From an uncultured virus (IMG/VR IMGVR_UViG_3300025723_000029) (Duplodnaviria; Heunggongvirae; Uroviricota; Caudoviricetes), in the IMG/VR virus record IMGVR_UViG_3300025723_000029: a stretch of DNA of 20,000 nucleotides. One strand, 5' to 3'. This document shows, piece after piece, positions 16,085 to 20,000 of the stretch (the stretch's first letter is position 1; each line of letters starts with the position of its first letter). Both the position numbers and the translations under genes were made by a program. The notes below the pieces were generated by a model. It was not told where the DNA came from. It saw only the letters and a list, made by a program, of their open reading frames with translations, and did not search any database.

Positions 16085-16917
16085 AAAAAACTCGACATGT
16101 CCAGAGTCAGTTGCTGTTGATACACATGATTGCACTCGTCGCAGGTCAATTGCATGGGCTGCATTTCTGACTGCGATTTTAGGTCAATCGCATGATCGCG
16201 TATCTGCGCAAACAGTCGACGATCACAGTTTTTGAGCATTTCTTCAATGTATTCAGGTTCGTGTACCATGGCTGTGGGGGTCTTGACTGCGGCAATGCTC
16301 TGGGCCAAGGCATGCACCGTGACTTCGGTTATCTTTTTCAAGGCATCGCTGACTGCTGTGATTTTGGCTTCGTTGATCTGCTCGGAATCTGACAGATCTG
16401 GCATCATCTGTAACAGCTTTTGATTTTCGTACTGCATGCGATTGTTATCGCTGAGATTCTTGTAGCTCATGGGACGGAAAAATATCTCCATGTCGCCTGA
16501 CTGCACGCTGCTGTCGTAGTCGCCGGCTGTGAGGCTTTCCAGCACAGATCTAAGATCTATTGCACGGTCTGACTGGGCCCGGCAACTGGGGCAGGTGCTG
16601 CCAAATTCCATTTCGTGCCCGTAGCTGGCCATGCGTATGGCAGCCAAGATAGCATCCATGTCCGTGGCCGGAATAGCCCAGGCATCTATAATGTCGGGCA
16701 TGCAACTCTTGATCACGTTCACTGTGGATTGTCCGTTGAACAGGCTGTCTGGAGTACGATAGGTTATTTCGTCTATGGCAGTCATGGGATATACTGGATA
16801 TTCGCCGGTGACACTGGGATTCAGGGCACCGGGTGGATAAAATCGTCCGTTGCTGGGCAAGCGTATGTACACTGCTGGTTGGCGGAAATACTGTTTTAGT
16901 GGGTTAGTTTGGCTCAT
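16069..16917 (-). CDS. gp26: Baseplate hub/assembly protein, T4 gp26-like
   Basis: NPLKQYFRQPAVYIRLPS.G.FY, PMTAIDEI, D.DAILAAIRMASYG, CPSC and CDEC motifs; GAGGA RBS. Confidence 0.7.
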   Translation of the reverse strand: MSQTNPLKQYFRQPAVYIRLPSNGRFYPPGALNPSVTGEYPVYPMTAIDEITYRTPDSLFNGQSTVNVIKSCMPDIIDAWAIPATDMDAILAAIRMASYGHEMEFGSTCPSCRAQSDRAIDLRSVLESLTAGDYDSSVQSGDMEIFFRPMSYKNLSDNNRMQYENQKLLQMMPDLSDSEQINEAKITAVSDALKKITEVTVHALAQSIAAVKTPTAMVHEPEYIEEMLKNCDRRLFAQIRDHAIDLKSQSEMQPMQLTCDECNHVYQQQLTLDMSSFFDRAS

Positions 16918-16927
16918 GATTTTCCTC

Positions 16928-16935
16928 GATAAATA
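16928..16935 (+). promoter_or_regulatory. Late-promoter-like box GATAAATA
   Basis: 7/8 match to T4 late TATAAATA; 5 nt before ATG 16941 in a 23-bp divergent spacer. Confidence 0.55.
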
Positions 16936-16940
16936 TAATT

Positions 16941-19268
16941 ATGGCCGATCTATACACCGCTGAAGAAATCAAAGAAATATTTGACACCTACAATCGAGCT
17001 ATCGAAACAGGCACACCGATCACGGCCGAACTGTCAAGGCAGATGAAAGATGCCACAATTGGTGTCAAAAACTACACAGCCCAGCTCAACAAGAGTTTTT
17101 CAGACCTAGGATCGTCGGCACTCAAATACGCAGAAAATCTCAAAGACGGTGCGCAAGGTGCCGCAGTGTTCAACGACGGCATTGGAGCAACAGCCAAGGT
17201 CATGAGCGACCTGCTCGCTCGGATACCGTTTGTGGGCCGGGCTTTGGGTCTGGCCGCTACGGCTGCAGCCAGATATGCTCAGGAAGCCAACAAGCAATCG
17301 GATGCTCTGTTCAAGAGCTATCAGGATCTGACCAGATTTGGTCAAGGCACTGCCAATGGCATGAGCGATGTGTTTGATACCATGCAGAAATTCAGCTACG
17401 GCATCGGCGAGCTGGATCAGATGACTGCATTGTTGCAGGCCAATGCCAAGAGTCTGGCTCTGTTTGGTGGCACAGTGGCACAAGGCACCGCGGCCATGGC
17501 CAAAACAGCCGAAGATTTTAAAAATACCGGTCTGCAAGACACGTTCCAAAAGATGGGGCTCAATGTTGACAATCAAAATCGTGCCATTGCAGGATACTAC
17601 AAACAGATAACCATGCTGGGTCAGGGCCAGGGCAAAACACAGGCCGAGCTCACACAGGGTGCTGTGGCCTATCTCAAAGAGATGGAAGGCCTTACCAGAT
17701 TGACTGGCCAACAGCGTGAAGAATTGGAACAGCAACGTGAAGCAGCCCAGGCTGTGGATTCGTTTGCAGTCACAGTCAGCGACATGGGCGAAAAAGGCGA
17801 AGAATTGCAAAAAATCTTCAATTCCTTGATGAGCGTGGACCCTACTGGCGCCAAGGCTCGTGCGTTTGCTGAAAGTGTGACCGGTATGTTTACTGGAAGC
17901 AAAGAACAGAACCAGTTGTTCCAGCTGTCGGGCGGACGACTCATGGAAATGATAAATCAAGTGAAAAACGGCACCATGAACATGGGCCAGTTCATGGATG
18001 CATTAAAACCCGCAGGTGCTGCCCTTGACAACTTCAAAGGTCAAGCTCGCATGAACAACCTGTCTGATTTTGCAGGCCCTTACCGTGACATAATCAAGCT
18101 AAACAGCAAAAACTGGACTGAATCAGCTGCTGCAGCTGAAAAATCAACCGAAGTCACTGACAGTACCACAGATGCGGCTGTGTCTCTTAGAGAAAAACAA
18201 CTCAAGACCAGAGATGCACTGCAAAGCATGATCAACGACGGCGTAGGGCCAGCTACCAAGGCCATGGCCAAATTGGCTGGAATCACAGACCAGGCCGCCG
18301 AAGGTAGCAAAGGGTTTTGGGACAAAGTGGGTGACTTTTTCAGCGGTGGCAAGGACGCCAAAGGTCCAGCTTCTGTTGGAAAAACTGCAACTGGATCGCC
18401 TACTATCACGTATTCCAATGGGGAAATGCGTAGCGGGGGCGATCGCAATTGGAGAAGCAACAACCCTGGCGATATCGAGTACGGAGATTTTGCCATTAAA
18501 ATGGGAGCCATTGGCAGTGATGGTAGATTTGCTATATTTCCTTCAGAAGAGATGGGTCGTAGAGCCGCTGATGCTTTGTTAAAAGGCGACCTTTATAGCA
18601 AATTGTCAGCAGCCGATGCTATAAAAAAATGGGCCCCGCCCAACGAAAATGATTCAGGATCGTATATTAAAAATGTGGCCAAGATGGCAAATCTGGACAT
18701 GAGCAAACGCTATGTTGATATGTCCAGAGAAGAACAAGGCAGATTTTTAGATGCGATGAAAAAAGTTGAAGGCGGAAGAGTTGGCACAATCACGCAAGTA
18801 GCTAGTTCAACATCGCCAACAACAGCTAACACCCCATCAAAGAATAACGGTCCTACCATGCCCGCGAGCGATGCTCCTGCCGGTCCTAAAGTTGGCATGA
18901 ACAATAGTGAATCAGCTGTGATGGATCAAATTTTAAAAAACGGATCGACGGGCCCGTCGATACGGGGTGCCAACGGATTTGATGGCCAGCTGTCAGGGCC
19001 GGTCAGTGGATACAAGCCCGACATCACCATGCACGGCACTGAACAGCTTACAATCACACCCGATCGCATGCGGTCAGACACAGCCGATCAACCGGCCACT
19101 AGCATGATGACCCAGCAGATGTCAAAACTGGATCAAATGGTGCAGGCACTACAGGACAACAACAATCAAGCAATCATGTCCATGCAACTGGACAAACTGG
19201 ACCAGTTGATCACAGTGATGAAGAACCAAGTAAACGTCAGTCAAAAGATATTGCAACAGAGTCATTGA
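16941..19268 (+). CDS. Tape-measure-like tail protein with embedded lysozyme-like domain
   Basis: 775 aa, Ala/Gln/Met-rich helical composition; RSNNPGDI...GRFAIFPSEEMG...IKKWAPPNEND...YI module; C-terminal G.LSGPVSGY....HGTEQL motif; between tail assembly and portal genes. Confidence 0.7.
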   Translation: MADLYTAEEIKEIFDTYNRAIETGTPITAELSRQMKDATIGVKNYTAQLNKSFSDLGSSALKYAENLKDGAQGAAVFNDGIGATAKVMSDLLARIPFVGRALGLAATAAARYAQEANKQSDALFKSYQDLTRFGQGTANGMSDVFDTMQKFSYGIGELDQMTALLQANAKSLALFGGTVAQGTAAMAKTAEDFKNTGLQDTFQKMGLNVDNQNRAIAGYYKQITMLGQGQGKTQAELTQGAVAYLKEMEGLTRLTGQQREELEQQREAAQAVDSFAVTVSDMGEKGEELQKIFNSLMSVDPTGAKARAFAESVTGMFTGSKEQNQLFQLSGGRLMEMINQVKNGTMNMGQFMDALKPAGAALDNFKGQARMNNLSDFAGPYRDIIKLNSKNWTESAAAAEKSTEVTDSTTDAAVSLREKQLKTRDALQSMINDGVGPATKAMAKLAGITDQAAEGSKGFWDKVGDFFSGGKDAKGPASVGKTATGSPTITYSNGEMRSGGDRNWRSNNPGDIEYGDFAIKMGAIGSDGRFAIFPSEEMGRRAADALLKGDLYSKLSAADAIKKWAPPNENDSGSYIKNVAKMANLDMSKRYVDMSREEQGRFLDAMKKVEGGRVGTITQVASSTSPTTANTPSKNNGPTMPASDAPAGPKVGMNNSESAVMDQILKNGSTGPSIRGANGFDGQLSGPVSGYKPDITMHGTEQLTITPDRMRSDTADQPATSMMTQQMSKLDQMVQALQDNNNQAIMSMQLDKLDQLITVMKNQVNVSQKILQQSH

Positions 19269-19271
19269 GTC

Positions 19272-19279
19272 CATAAATA
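19272..19279 (+). promoter_or_regulatory. Late-promoter-like box CATAAATA
   Basis: 7/8 match to T4 late TATAAATA; 7 nt before the portal ATG. Confidence 0.65.
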
Positions 19280-19286
19280 CTAGACT

Positions 19287-20000
19287 ATGGCAGAAAACAA
19301 CAAAGGTTGGCGCAAGTATTTCAAGGTAGCCAGCACAGGCGGTCAACTCAGTCCGATCTCGGGATCCAATCAATTTGGACTGCCCGGCTACGGCAAACAA
19401 AACGGTGCCGGCTACGACACTCCGGGCACTGGCAATGAATTTGCCTATCGCAACTATGCCAGTCGTTTGCCTGAAGTTTATTCGGGGCATCCCAACCGTA
19501 TTGAACGCTACAATCAGTACGAAAACATGGACTGTGACAGTGAAGTCAATGCTTGCTTGGACATCATAGCTGAATTCAGCACGCAGGTCAATGCCGACAA
19601 CAAGACACCGTTTGACATACAGTTCACCGACAAGCCCACTGACCACGAAATAGACATCATCAAGAAACAGTTGCAACAGTGGACCAAACTCAACAAGCTG
19701 GATCAGCGCATATTCAAGCTGTTTCGCAACGTGATCAAGTATGGCGATCAGGTGTTTGTGCGCGACCCAGAAACATTTGAAATGTACTGGGTGGACATGG
19801 TCAAGGTGGCACGTGTGATCGTGAACGAAAGCGAAGGCAAGCGACCCGAGCAATACATCATCAGAGACATCAACCCCAATTTCCAAAACATGAGCATGGC
19901 AGCCAAGACCACATCGGATTACTATGTGAGTCGTGCTACCGGCAGTGCAGGACAAAACAACTATACTGCACCCAACGGCGGTGGCTATGGTGGAGCCGGT
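19287..20000 (+). CDS. gp20: Portal vertex protein, T4 gp20-like (partial, runs off the right edge; not in the ORF track)
   Basis: Manual translation: MAENNKGWRKYF...RIERYNQYENMDCDSEVNACLDIIAEF...IFKLFRNVIKYGDQVFVRDP...; open for 238 codons to the edge. Confidence 0.85.
   Translation, partial: MAENNKGWRKYFKVASTGGQLSPISGSNQFGLPGYGKQNGAGYDTPGTGNEFAYRNYASRLPEVYSGHPNRIERYNQYENMDCDSEVNACLDIIAEFSTQVNADNKTPFDIQFTDKPTDHEIDIIKKQLQQWTKLNKLDQRIFKLFRNVIKYGDQVFVRDPETFEMYWVDMVKVARVIVNESEGKRPEQYIIRDINPNFQNMSMAAKTTSDYYVSRATGSAGQNNYTAPNGGGYGGAG

Noticed and set aside
10357..17960. Long antisense ORFs 10357..11211 and 17106..17960 (284 aa each) and other short overlapping ORFs
   Set aside because: They lie opposite well-supported genes and are explained by codon bias; no independent signals.
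19149..19955. 268-aa minus-strand ORF
   Set aside because: Antisense shadow of the portal gene; no motifs.

Overview
20 kb of a T4-like (contractile-tailed) phage genome. Core genes: baseplate/tail genes on the minus strand (split hub-like protein, gp53-like wedge, gp48/gp54-like tube initiator), a gp55-like late sigma factor, gp47 and gp46 recombination nuclease subunits, an EndoII-like GIY-YIG nuclease, a gp26-like hub/assembly protein, a tape-measure-like protein with a lysozyme-like module, and the 5' part of a gp20-like portal gene. Two visibly AT-richer cassettes flank gp46: a sugar-modification cassette (GT-like pair, GDP-mannose 3,5-epimerase-like enzyme, SGNH-like protein) and a radical-SAM cassette (B12-type RS, unknown, twitch/SPASM-type RS, SDR). 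Best leads: (1) a ~400-nt ORF-free, densely base-paired, plus-strand-polarised element directly after the GIY-YIG gene (candidate large ncRNA); (2) a T_TTT_TTC slippery site plus hairpin that would fuse the gp26-like gene to its downstream ORF by -1 frameshift, like lambda gpG/gpGT; (3) the radical-SAM/sugar cassettes, with a fossil epimerase start marking cassette exchange. Family assignments come from motif recognition by eye; no searches or folding programs were run.
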